Below are positions 50,168-63,300 of a DNA stretch of 64,000 nt, piece after piece. The DNA lies in assembly GCA_002269645.1 (NCBI GenBank), contig NIVC01001672.1, forward strand, positions 181,428-245,427, read 5' to 3'. Both the position numbers and the translations under genes were made by a program. The number at the start of each line of letters is the position of its first letter. Positions within the stretch are counted from its first letter, which is position 1. Below the pieces are notes generated by a model. It saw only the letters and a list, made by a program, of their open reading frames with translations. It was not told where the DNA came from and ran no database searches. This stretch comes from Macrostomum lignano (lineage: Eukaryota).

Positions 50168-51398
50168 TATATGGGGCTTGGGAGCACGATAATTGGCCGG
50201 GTGGCTGTCGTACGATTCACTGCAGCCATGAGGGCCAACCCCAAGGCGCAGAGAGTGTTCATGCCAGACGATTGGGAAAGTCAGTGCCGTTGTTGTACAC
50301 CCTGTTTGAGCATAACATGAGCGCTTGCAGGTCCATCAAAGGACCACTGGTAGTAAAAGGATGTTGAAAATTTAGAAAAAATGGATTTGAAGGCCCCGTT
50401 TCATTTTTATAAAAATGATTCATTCATGTAAATTTAGCAATTTCAAATAAAAGAGCAAACTATTGAAGTCGGGAAGCGATGTCAGTTGGCTCGTGATGTC
50501 GAGAGCGAGAAGAGAAGACGAAATTAGTAGCTGTATATCAAATGTATATGAGGGACCTCATGTAGGTGCATAAAAAACAAAGGTGAAAATAAGTGTGCAG
50601 GGCGAATCCAAGTAACAATGATTGCCAGTCAGCAAATAACGTATCCGTGTGTGTTGCTCAGAACGGAGGGCCACTTCCAGTCTCTACATCTCCGTCTCTC
50701 TCTCCTGTCTCCTATTCCTCTCTCCCTCTATCGAACCCTTTATCTCACTCTGCTTCTGAAGCCTGCAGTTCTGCCCGAATTCAGTTGTCCTTTACAAAAG
50801 TTGTTTACAGCGCAGAAAATTCCAGAATGTATTGCTGCTCGGATCTCTATAAACATAGTAGTTTCAGTCTCTACCCTACCGTCTGCGATCCAGCTACTCA
50901 CCAGTGTGTATGCATTATTTTTCTTTTCATTCTGTCTAGCTGTATCTGCTGGAAGAAAATACCGAAAAAACGTGACTCGAGCCTCACGTGTGCGCTCGGG
51001 ACCACTTGCTGAGTGGGAGGGGGGCTCTTATTGTCCAGATGCGATGCAGCAGGGGTTTACAGAGGCAATAAGATTTAGACAGAATTCTAGCACAATAGAA
51101 TAGAGACTGGCCTATTGCATAGCCTGGCGGCTCTTATCGCTGCTGCACGTTTCTGATGGACCCCGTGCGAGACTCACCCGATTCGAGGGACCCGTGCCGA
51201 TCCCCCCGCAGTGGCTGTATGGTTGCCGTGGTCTCACCCTACCTATCATGGTTTTCAGTGCTGCATAAATAAAGGCTAGCCATAGCTCTAAGCAGCGAGT
51301 CGACTTGACCTTCTCTCAGTCTGTTTTCGGTTCAAGCAAATAACTATAATTTTTGACAAAGAGAAGATTTTCACTGCTCCCTGCTTTATTGCAACGTC

Positions 51399-54300
51399 AT
51401 GAGGCTGGGCGGCATCGCTGTGAGTCAAAGGGGATCTCATTGGATTTGCCCCATACTTCATGCTCCCTTCATTTCCCATCAACCCGAACCACATGGCTAC
51501 TTCTCTTTGAGTTCGAGCACAGAGGACGACACAGAGACACTTCTAGATGCGGCCTCTAGCTTTGAAATTGTAGCCAACTTGTACCCTAACACCTGCAGCC
51601 TAAGTCCAATACCTAACAGTACCGCCTGCTGAGTGAATTCAGTATCATTTAGAGTGGCTTAGTCGGTGGCATTATCTGGGAGGAGATTGCTTAATTAACC
51701 TATCATTTATTAATGCATTGGGTATATAGTGGCGCGAGCCTCAGAAAAATTCAAAATTCAGATACATGGGGCTGCCAACCTCAGAGATATGGGGGCGCCA
51801 ACCTCTCAGAGATATGGGAGCGCCAACCTCAGAGATATGGGAGCGCCAACCTCAGAGATATGGGGGCGCCAACCTCTCAGAGATATGGGAGCGCCAACCT
51901 CAGAGATATGGGGGTGCCAACCTCAGAGATATGGGGAGCGCCAACCTCAAAGATATGGGGGTGCCAACCTCAGAGATATGGGGAGCGCCAACCTCAGAGA
52001 TATGGGGGTGCCAACCTCAGAGATATGGGGAGCGCCAACCTCAGAGATATGGGGGTGCCAACCTCAGAGATATGGGGAGCGCCAACCTCAAAGATATGGG
52101 GGTGCCAACCTCAGAGATATGGGAGCGCCAACCTCAGAGATATGGCAGCGCCAACCTCAGAGATATGGCAGCGCCAACCTCAGAGATATGGGAGCGCCAA
52201 CCTCAGAGATATGGCAGCGCCAACCTCAGAGATATGGGAGCGCCAACCTCAGAGATATGGCAGCGCCAACCTCAGAGATATGGGAGCGCCAACCTCAGAG
52301 ATATGGCAGCGCCAACCTCAGAGATATGGGAGCGCCAACCTCAGAGATATGGCAGCGCCAACCTCAGAGATATGGGAGCGCCAACCTCAGAGATATGGGA
52401 GTGCCAACCTCAGAGATATGGGGAGCGCCAACCTAGATATATGGGAGCGCCAACCTCAGAGATATGGGAGCGCCAGCCTCAGAGATATGGGAGCGCCAAC
52501 CTCAGAGATATGGGGGCGCCAACCTCAGAGATATGGGGGCGCCAACCTCAGTGATATGGGAGCGCCAACCTCAGAGATATGGCAGCGCCAACCTCAGAGA
52601 TATGGCAGCGCCAACCTCAGTGATATGGGAGCGCCAACCTCAGAGACATGGCAGCGCCAACCTCAGAGATATGGGGGTGCCAACCTCAGTGATATGGGGG
52701 TGCCAACCTCAGAGATATGGGAGTGCCAACCTCAGAGATATGGGAGCGCCAACCTCAGAGATATCTGAGCACCAGCCCCAGAGATATGGGCGCGCTAACC
52801 TCAGAGATATGTGAGCACCAGCCCCAGAGATATGGGCGCGCTAACCTCAGAGATATGGGGGTGCCAACCTCAGAGATATGGGGGCGCCAACCTCAGAGAT
52901 ATGGGGAGCGCCAACCTCAGAGATATGGCAGCGCCAACCTCAGAGATATGTGAGCACCAGCCTCAGAGATATGGGAGCGCCAACCTCAGAGATATGGGGA
53001 GCGCCAACCTCAGAGATATGGGGGTGCCAACCTCAGAGATATGGGAGTGCCAACCTCAGAGATATGGGAGTGCCAACCTCAGAGATATGGCAGCGCCAAC
53101 CTCAGTGATATGGGAGCGCCAACCTCAGAGATATGGGGGCGCCAACCTCAGTGATATGGGGGTGCCAACCTCAGAGATATGGGGGTGCCAACCTCAGAGA
53201 TATGGGAGCGCCAACCTAGATATATGGGAGCGCCAACCTCAGAGATATGTGAGCACCAACCTCAGAGATATGGGAACGCCAAGCTCAGAGATATGGGGAG
53301 CGCCAACCTCAGAGATATGGGCGCGCCAACCTCAGTGATATGGGAGTGCCAACCTCAGAGATATGGGAGCGCCAACCTCAGTGATATGGGAGCGCCAAAC
53401 TCAGAGATATGGTGAGCGCCAACCTCAGAGATATGGGGGTGCCAACTTCAGAGATATGTGAGCACCAGCCTCAGAGATATGGCAGCGCCAACCTCAGAGA
53501 TATGGGGGCGCCAACCCCAGAGATATGGGGAGTGCCAACCTAGATATATGGGAGCGCCAACCTCAGAGATATGGGGAGCGCCAACCTCAGAGATATGGGG
53601 GTGCCAACCTCAGAGATATGGGGAGCGCCAACCTCAGAGATATGGGGGTGCCAACCTCAGAGATATGTGAGCACCAGCCTCAGAGATATGGGAGCGCCAA
53701 CCTCAGAGATATGGGAGCGCCAACCTCAGAGATATGGGGGTGCCAACCTCAGAGATATGGGAGTGCCAACCTCAGAGATATGGGAGCGCCAACCTCAGAG
53801 ATATGGCAGCGCCAACCTCAGTGATATGGGAGCGCCAACCTCAGAGATATGGGGAGTGCCAACCTCAGTGAAATGGGAGCGCCAACCTTAGAGATATGGG
53901 TAGTGCCAACCTCAGAGATATGGGAGCGCCAACCTTAGAGATATGGCAGCGCCAACCTCAGTGATATGGGAGCGCCAACCTCAAAGATATGGGGAGTGCC
54001 AACCTCAGAGATATGGGAGCGCCAACCTCAGTGATATGGGAGCGCCAACCTCAGAGATATGGGGGCGCCAACCTCAGAGATATGGGGGTGCCAACCTCAG
54101 AGATATGGGAGCGCCAACCTCAGAGATATGGGGGTGCCAACCTCAGAGATATGGGGAGCGCCAACCTAGATATATGGCAGCGCCAACCTCAGAGATATGG
54201 GAGCGCCAACCTCAGAGATATGGGAGCGCCAACCTCAGTGATATGGGGGTGCCAACCTCAGAGATATGGGGGTGCCAACCTCAGAGATATGGGAGCGCCA

Positions 54301-57300
54301 ACCTCAGAGATATGGGAGCGCCAACCTCAGAGATATGGGAGCGCCAGCCTCAGAGATATGGGAGCGCCAACCTCAGAGATATGGGAGCGCCAACCTCAGA
54401 GATATGGGGGTGCCAACCTCAGAGATATGGGGGTGCCAACCTCAGAGATATGGGGAGCGCCAACCTAGATATATGGGAGCGCTAACCTCAGAGATATGGG
54501 AGCGCCAGCCTCAGAGATATGGGAGCGCCAACCTCAGAGATATGGGGGTGCCAACCTCAGAGATATGGGGAGCGCCAACCTAGATATATGGCAGCGCCAA
54601 CCTCAGAGATATGGGGGTGCCAACCTCAGAGATATGGGAGCGCCAACCTCAGAGATATGGGGGTGCCAACCTCAGAGATATGGGAGTGCCAACCTCAGAG
54701 ATATGGGGGTGCCAACCTCAGAGATATGGGGAGCGCCAACCTCAGAGATATGGGGGTGCCAACCTCAGAGATATGGGGGTGCCAACCTCAGAGATATGGG
54801 AGCGCCAACCTCAGAGATATGGGAGCGCCAGCCTCAGTGATATGGGGGTGCCAACCTCAGAGATATGGGAGCGCCAACCTCAGAGATATGGGGGTGCCAA
54901 CCTCAGAGATATGGGGAGCGCCAACCTAGATATATGGGAGCGCCAACCTCAGAGATATGGGAGCGCCAACCTCAGAGATATGGGAGCGCCAACCTCAGAG
55001 ATATGGGAGCGCCAACCTAGATATATGGGAGCGCCAACCTCAGAGATATTGGGAGCCAGCTAGGAATCAAACTCAAGGACTCAAAGCTCAAAGCTGTTGT
55101 CTCGGTCACTCCCTCAGCCGCTGTATGCGACGGCAGTCCTCCTCCTGATAGTGGCGTTGGCGCCCACCGCGACGGCCAAGCGCGAGACGAAGACCTACAC
55201 AGTCAACACCGGTGACGGGCCGGTCACGGTGACAGAGACTCACGTGTCCGAGACCTCTTCGTCCTCGTCTTCACCGTCCGAATACAGCAGCAGCTCGGAG
55301 GTGGTTGAAACCAGCGGCTGGAGGTAAGATCGGCCTATTAATTCTAGAAGGACGTTTTAATGTCAAATGCGAATTTCGCAAATAAAGTGCAAATTTCGTT
55401 GGAAGCCGGTTCCTGTTTAGTCTGGTTTTTCTCTACCGAATATGTCTATGGTCAAACCCCATTCAGCGCCTTTAAAATGCAACGGTATTTTCAGCGTTAC
55501 TATTTTTTATTGCCTTAATGGGCAGATGCCCGGCGCATCTCTGAAGGCTGCGTACGGCTGTTCAGTCCAAGGACTGGGGGGTCGCCACACAGCCTCAATT
55601 ACCCCAGCTAATGCTGGCACCCATTTTACAGCTGGGTGAACTGAAGCAATGCAGGGTTAAGTGTCTTGCTTGAGGACACAAATTGTTCTCAGTGGGTTGA
55701 GAATCGAACTCCTGACCTTTCAGTCGTGACAGTAATTTTAATTTTTCCTTAATAATTTTCCCGCCATAGTTTTTTCTCAAATTTTTCTCGGATACAAAAT
55801 AGTGCATCAAACTAATACGACAGAAAAGCTTGCTCGAGTTTTAATTCGATAGTCCAGAAGGAGAAACATTGGGAGTTCAGTGCTAAAAAACTGAAACTCC
55901 CCATCTTGCCAATGCATATTTTGTAGCGAACTCTGCCCTATTTGACATTGTAGCGTCCTTCTACTTGAGTTTTCTCTCTTTAAAAAACCCATCGATCATT
56001 GCCCCCCCCCCCCCAGCTCGAGCGCCAAGGAGCTGCTGAAGGATTCGAAGGTCAGCGACATGTCCGCTGGGGACCTAAGCGGCAGTCTGGTGCTGGCAAT
56101 CGACAAAAACGCCATCTCCAAAGGTCTGAAAAAGTACATCATGGACGCTTTGAAGAAGCTACCGGTGAAGACCAAGAAGATTAAAATTGGCTTCGTGGAG
56201 TACACGGATCGTCCTTATACGATTGTGTCGCTGAAGCAGGTGAGGACGGCTGAGATCCCGGCACCTGACCCTGACATCCACCCTGAACCTGGAACCTGAC
56301 CGACACCCACCCTGAACCTGGCACCTGACCCTGACAACCATTCTGAACCCGGTACCTGACCTTGACAACCATTCTGAACCCGGTACCTGACCCTGACACC
56401 CTGTCCTGAACCCGGTACCTGACCCTGACACCCTGTCCTGAACCCGGTACCTGACCCTGACACCCTGTCCTGAACCCGGTACCTGACCTTGACAACCATT
56501 CTGAACCCGGTACCTGACCCTGACACCCTGTCCTGAACCCGGTACCTGACCCTGACAACCATTCTGAACCCGGTACTTGACGCTGACACCCTACCCTAAA
56601 CCCGGTACCTGACCCTGACAACCATTCTGAACCCGGTACCTGACCGAAACCCATTCTGAACCCGGTACCTGACCTTGACAACCATTCTGAACCCGGTACC
56701 TGACCTTGACAACCATTCTGAACCCGGTACCTGACATTGACAACCATTCTGAACCCGGTACCTGACCTTGACAACCATTCTGAATCCGGTACCTGACCTT
56801 GACAACCATTCTGAACCCGGTACCTGACATTGACAACCATTCTGAACCCGGTACCTGACCTTGACAACCATTCTGAATCCGGTACCTGACCTTGACAACC
56901 ATTCTGAACCCGGTACCTGACCGACACCCATTCTGAACCCGGTACCTGACCTTGACACCCTACTCCAAACCTGGTAGCTGACCCTGACATCCTACTCCGA
57001 ACCCGGTACTGGACCCAAAAACTTACATGAACTCTAACACACAGAAACCAATTAATCAGCATCAAATTCATGAATAGTGAGGTTTATAGACAGTCTTATA
57101 AGCTGTCCAGCAGCCCGATGTACTGCATGCAGCTGTACACCGCTGGCTAAGTGAAGCTCACTGATTCAAATCGCTCTCCAGGGCTGGTCGCTTGACCGGA
57201 TCTTGGCCAGGCTCCAAATCGAGCTATCCAAGAGTCGCCACGCCAAGCGGAGCGGCAAAGTTTACGATTACGTCGGCATCCAGGCGGCCTACAACGAGTT

Positions 57301-60300
57301 GCAAAAGTTCGGCAAGTCCTCCGGACCGAGGATTGTCATGCTGCTGAGCTCCGGGCGGGACGCCAACACGGCCAAGACAGAGCAGTGGCGGCACAAACTC
57401 ATGAAAGAGTGGATTAGCCTTTCCGAGATTGTTGTGGACTCGTCTTCGTGAGTACCGGGTTCAGGGTAGGGTGTCAGGGTCAGCTACCGGGTTCGGGGTA
57501 GGGTGTCAGGGTCAGCTACCGGGTTCGGGGTAGGGTGTCAGGGTCAGCTACCGGGTTCGGAGTAGGGTGTCAGGGTCAGCTACCGGGTTCGGGGTAGGGT
57601 GTCAGGGTCAGCTACCGGGTTCGGGGTAGGGTGTCAGGGTCAGCTACCGGGTTCGGAGTAGGGTGTCAGGGTCAGCTACCGGGTTCGGGGTAGGGTGTCA
57701 GGGTCAGCTACCGGGTTCGGGGTAGGATGTCAGGGTCAGGTACCGGGTTCGGGGTAGGGTGGCAGGGTCAGCTACCGGGTTCGGGTAGGGTGGCAGGGTC
57801 AGCCACCGGGTTCGGGGTAGGGGTCAGGGTCAGCTACTGGGTTCGGGGTAGGGTGTCAGGGTCAGCTACCGGGTTTGGGGTAGGGTGTCAGGGTCAGCTA
57901 CTGGGTTCGGGGTAGGGTGGCAGGGTCAGCTACCGGGTTCGGGTAGGGTGTCAGGGTCAGCTACCGGGTTCGGGGTAGGGGTCAGGGTCAGCTACCGGGT
58001 TCGGGTAGGGTGTCAGGGTCAGCTACCGGGTTCGGAGTAGGGTGTCAGGGTCAGCTACCGGGTTCGGGGTAGGGTGTCAGGGTCAGCTACCGGGTTCGGG
58101 GTAGGGTGTCAGGGTCAGCTACCGGGTTCGGGGTAGGGTGTCAGGGTCAGCTACCGGGTTCGGGGTAGGGTGTCAGGGTCAGCTACCGGGTTCGGGGTAG
58201 GGTGGCAGGGTCAGCTACCGGGTTCGGATTTTCGCTGTGTTCGAGCAAACATGAAATGAAACGTTTCCCTGAATTTTGTTTCTACAAACGGTAATTTTTA
58301 AACTGGTAGTGATCGATGACGTCAAGTTATTCAACTATTCCTTCAGACAGAATGTAGATTTTTTCTGCACTAAAATTTCTGAGTATTTCCTATTTACCAA
58401 AATCGATTTTTTCTCGGCCCATCGGAAATCAAAGGGATGATGTAAAATTTTATTCAAAATTCCGAATTTAAAATTCCAATTCCAACCTTATGCGCATGAG
58501 GGGGGCTGTGGGCACCGCAGTCAAGGTCAATTCTAAAGGGTGCCTGCTATCACGCTAAGCACACGCTCTCAAAGGCTGCACACAAGGACTGCTTAAGCAC
58601 AATTCCAATTCCCCTATCCGAGATCCAGATTACTGTGGCCGCACATGAAACCTTTTTAGGGGCATCTTCAACGTGAAAGAAGGCGGCAAGGAGACATCCA
58701 CGGACAAAACCTTGGAGCACACGACATTCCTGACTACCCTGCTTAAGTCGTACAGTAAGGATATAAGCATTTATTTGCTGTTCAATAATGCCTACATGTG
58801 CTGTCAGCAAATAAAAATCCAATATTGATCTCTTTAGGCCACTCAACTATCCAGTACTACAAGAAGATCTATGGCGAAGCGTGGGAGTTCTACATAGTCC
58901 TCAAGCACTACAAGACTCTTTACCCCGGCAGCTGGCAGACGCATTTGAAGACCTGGTTTACCAATAAATATGGCGACTCTACCAAGTTCGAGACCTACTT
59001 GCACCGGACCGAGAGCAAGACTGGCTCCCCGGTTTCTCCGGAAGACAGAATGCGAGCTACTTTCAAGAAGAAGTTCGGCTCAGCTTGGGAGAAGCACTTC
59101 CTAATTTGGAAGTACAAGAAGCTCTACGGTTTGAAGTGGAAAATCCACTACGAGCAGCATTTGATGAAGAAGAAGTACGGCAAGGACTGGTTCTCGGAAT
59201 GGGAGAAGTTGCGATTTAAGAAGAAATACGGGAAGAAGTGGGAGCCCCACTATGTGAAGTGGTATTTCAGGAAATACCGAGGGGCCACCTGGATTTACAG
59301 CTGGAAGAAGTGGCAGTTTAGACAAAAGCACAAAGAGGGCAGCAAGGCGTACGTTGACGAGTTCATGAGGTGGTACTTCAAGTACACTAAAAAGGGTGAC
59401 AAAGCGCTTGAGGCGTGGAAATCCGCTACCAAAGACCTGTCTGAGGACGAAGGCGAGAAGAAGTTCCGCTGGTTTTACTACAATTTAGTATTCCAGAAAA
59501 AGCAGGCACTGATCAAATACACCAAGTGGTTCTACAGGAAGCGGTTCGGCAAAAAGTTCCTACCAAAGTACAAGTTGTGGCTGAACAGGTTTAATACAAA
59601 CAAGCACTGGATGAAATATTACAAACTGATGGAAACGCAACTAGCCTACACTACTACCAGTTCTGTGACTGTTCATGTACACAGCATTCGCTGGTTTAAA
59701 AAGAAGTTCGGTTCGAAGTGGAGAACGCACTACGAGAAATATCAAATGAAGAAAAAATACGGCAAAAACTGGTTCTCCGAGTGGGAGAAGTTGCCATTCA
59801 AGAAAAAGTACGGCAAGAAATGGGAGCCGCACTATGTAAAGTGGTATTTTAAAAAATACCGACCTACGACTTGGATTTACAGCTGGATGAAATGGAAGAT
59901 CAAGCAAAAGCATAAGGAAGGAAGCCAGGCCTATGTTAATGAGTTTATGCGATGGTACTTCCGGTACAAAAAGGCAGGAAGCAGTGCTTTATCAGAGTGG
60001 AAAGCTTTAAACAAGGATCTGTCGGCTGACAAGAAGGAAATGATGTTCCGCTGGTTTTACTATAACCTAGTCTTCAAAAAGAAGAAAGCTCTGATAAAGT
60101 ACACGAAATGGCACTACAGAAAAATATACGGAAAAACGTTTCTAACGAAGTTCAAGGAATGGGAAAAGAAAATCAACTCTGGTAAAGCCTGGATTCCGTT
60201 ATACCAAAAAACTAACCATCAACTCCAATACCAGGTCGAGTGCGGGAGGGGAAACCACATGTTAAAACTGCAACCTGGTACAAGAGACACTACGGTCACA

Positions 60301-63300
60301 AGTGGCGCTGGTACTACACCCGAGTGGTCTACCGTCGACGCTACGGTCGCAAGTGGCGCGTGCACTTTAGGAAGTGGCTGAAGCGAGTGTGGAAGAAGCC
60401 GTCACCGAAGCGTCGCGTCCTGCACAAGGTCACCTGGTACAAGAGACACTACGGTCGCAAGTGGCGCTGGTACTACACCCGAGTGGTCTACCGTCGACGC
60501 TACGGTCGCAAGTGGCGCGTGCACTTTAGGAAGTGGCTGAAGCGAGTGTGGAAGAAGCCGTCACCGAAGCGTCGCGTCCTGCACAAGGTCACCTGGTACA
60601 AGAGACACTACGGTCGCAAGTGGCGCTGGTACTACACCCGAGTGGTCTACCGTCGACGCTACGGTCGCAAGTGGCGCGTGCACTTTAGGAAGTGGCTGAA
60701 GCGAGTGTGGAAGAAGCCGTCACCGAAGCGTCGCGTCCTGCACAAGGTCACCTGGTACAAGAGACACTACGGTCGCAAGTGGCGCTGGTACTACACCCGA
60801 GTGGTCTACCGTCGACGCTACGGTCGCAAGTGGCGCGTGCACTTTAGGAAGTGGCTGAAGCGAGTGTGGAAGAAGCCGTCACCGAAGCGTCGCGTCCTGC
60901 ACAAGGTCACCTGGTACAAGAGACACTACGGTCGCAAGTGGCGCTGGTACTACACCCGAGTGGTCTACCGTCGACGCTACGGTCGCAAGTGGCGCGTGCA
61001 CTTTAGGAAGTGGCTGAAGCGAGTGTGGAAGAAGCCGTCACCGAAGCGTCGCGTCCTGCACAAGGTCACCTGGTACAAGAGACACTACGGTCGCAAGTGG
61101 CGCTGGTACTACACCCGAGTGGTCTACCGTCGACGCTACGGTCGCAAGTGGCGCGTGCACTTTAGGAAGTGGCTGAAGCGAGTGTGGAAGAAGCCGTCAC
61201 CGAAGCGTCGCGTCCTGCACAAGGTCACCTGGTACAAGAGACACTACGGTCGCAAGTGGCGCTGGTACTACACCCGAGTGGTCTACCGTCGACGCTACGG
61301 TCGCAAGTGGCGCGTGCACTTTAGGAAGTGGCTGAAGCGAGTGTGGAAGAAGCCGTCACCGAAGCGTCGCGTCCTGCACAAGGTCACCTGGTACAAGAGA
61401 CACTACGGTCGCAAGTGGCGCTGGTACTACACCCGAGTGGTCTACCGTCGACGCTACGGTCGCAAGTGGCGCGTGCACTTTAGGAAGTGGCTGAAGCGAG
61501 TGTGGAAGAAGCCGTCACCGAAGCGTCGCGTCCTGCACAAGGTCACCTGGTACAAGAGACACTACGGTCGCAAGTGGCGCTGGTACTACACCCGAGTGGT
61601 CTACCGTCGACGCTACGGTCGCAAGTGGCGCGTGCACTTTAGGAAGTGGCTGAAGCGAGTGTGGAAGAAGCCGTCACCGAAGCGTCGCGTCCTGCACAAG
61701 GTCACCTGGTACAAGAGACACTACGGTCGCAAGTGGCGCTGGTACTACACCCGAGTGGTCTACCGTCGACGCTACGGTCGCAAGTGGCGCGTGCACTTTA
61801 GGAAGTGGCTGAAGCGAGTGTGGAAGAAGCCGTCACCGAAGCGTCGCGTCCTGCACAAGGTCACCTGGTACAAGAGACACTACGGTCGCAAGTGGCGCTG
61901 GTACTACACCCGAGTGGTCTACCGTCGACGCTACGGTCGCAAGTGGCGCGTGCACTTTAGGAAGTGGCTGAAGCGAGTGTGGAAGAAGCCGTCACCGAAG
62001 CGTCGCGTCCTGCACAAGGTCACCTGGTACAAGAGACACTACGGTCGCAAGTGGCGCTGGTACTACACCGAGTGGTCTACCGTCGACGCTACGGTCGCAA
62101 GTGGCGCGTGCACTTTAGGAAGTGGCTGAAGCGAGTGTGGAAGAAGCCGTCACCGAAGCGTCGCGTCCTGCACAAGGTCACCTGGTACAAGAGACACTAC
62201 GGTCGCAAGTGGCGCTGGTACTACACCCGAGTGGTCTACCGTCGACGCTACGGTCGCAAGTGGCGCGTGCACTTTAGGAAGTGGCTGAAGCGAGTGTGGA
62301 AGAAGCCGTCACCGAAGCGTCGCGTCCTGCACAAGGTCACCTGGTACAAGAGACACTACGGTCGCAAGTGGCGCTGGTACTACACCCGAGTGGTCTACCG
62401 TCGACGCTACGGTCGCAAGTGGCGCGTGCACTTTAGGAAGTGGCTGAAGAGAGTGTGGAAGAAGCCGTCACCGAAGCGTCGCGTCCTGCACAAGGTCACC
62501 TGGTACAAGAGACACTACGGTCGCAAGTGGCGCTGGTACTACACCGAGTGGTCTACCATCGACGCTACGGTCGCAAGTGGCGCGTGCACTTTAGGAAGTG
62601 GCTGAAGCGAGTGTGGAAGAAGCCGTCACCGAAGCGTCGCGTCCTGCACAAGGTCACCTGGTACAAGAGACACTACGGTCGCAAGTGGCGCTGGTACTAC
62701 ACCGAGTGGTCTACCGTCGACGCTACGGTCGCAAGTGGCGCGTGCACTTTAGGAAGTGGCTGAAGCGAGTGTGGAAGAAGCCGTCACCGAAGCGTCGCGT
62801 CCTGCACAAGGTCACCTGGTACAAGAGACACTACGGTCGCAAGTGGCGCTGGTACTACACCCGAGTGGTCTACCGTCGACGCTACGGTCGCAAGTGGCGC
62901 GTGCACTTTAGGAAGTGGCTGAAGCGAGTGTGGAAGAAGCCGTCACCGAAGCGTCGCGTCCTGCACAAGGTCACCTGGTACAAGAGACACTACGGTCGCA
63001 AGTGGCGCTGGTACTACACCCGAGTGGTCTACCGTCGACGCTACGGTCGCAAGTGGCGCGTGCACTTTAGGAAGTGGCTGAAGCGAGTGTGGAAGAAGCC
63101 GTCACCGAAGCGTCGCGTCCTGCACAAGGTCACCTGGTACAAGAGACACTACGGTCGCAAGTGGCGCTGGTACTACACCCGAGTGGTCTACCGTCGACGC
63201 TACGGTCGCAAGTGGCGCGTGCACTTTAGGAAGTGGCTGAAGCGAGTGTGGAAGAAGCCGTCACCGAAGCGTCGCGTCCTGCACAAGGTCACCTGGTACA

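Noticed and set aside
48813-55063. ORFs in the 21-bp and 23-bp arrays (AADTHFV, GAPTSEIW repeats)
   Set aside because: They are open in several frames; one array lies in a TIR element and the other in a defined intron.
58798-58837. Alternative start codon of the 527-aa ORF
   Set aside because: It lies inside an 83-bp GT-AG intron (58755-58837); the ORF is the sixth exon of the gene starting at 51399.
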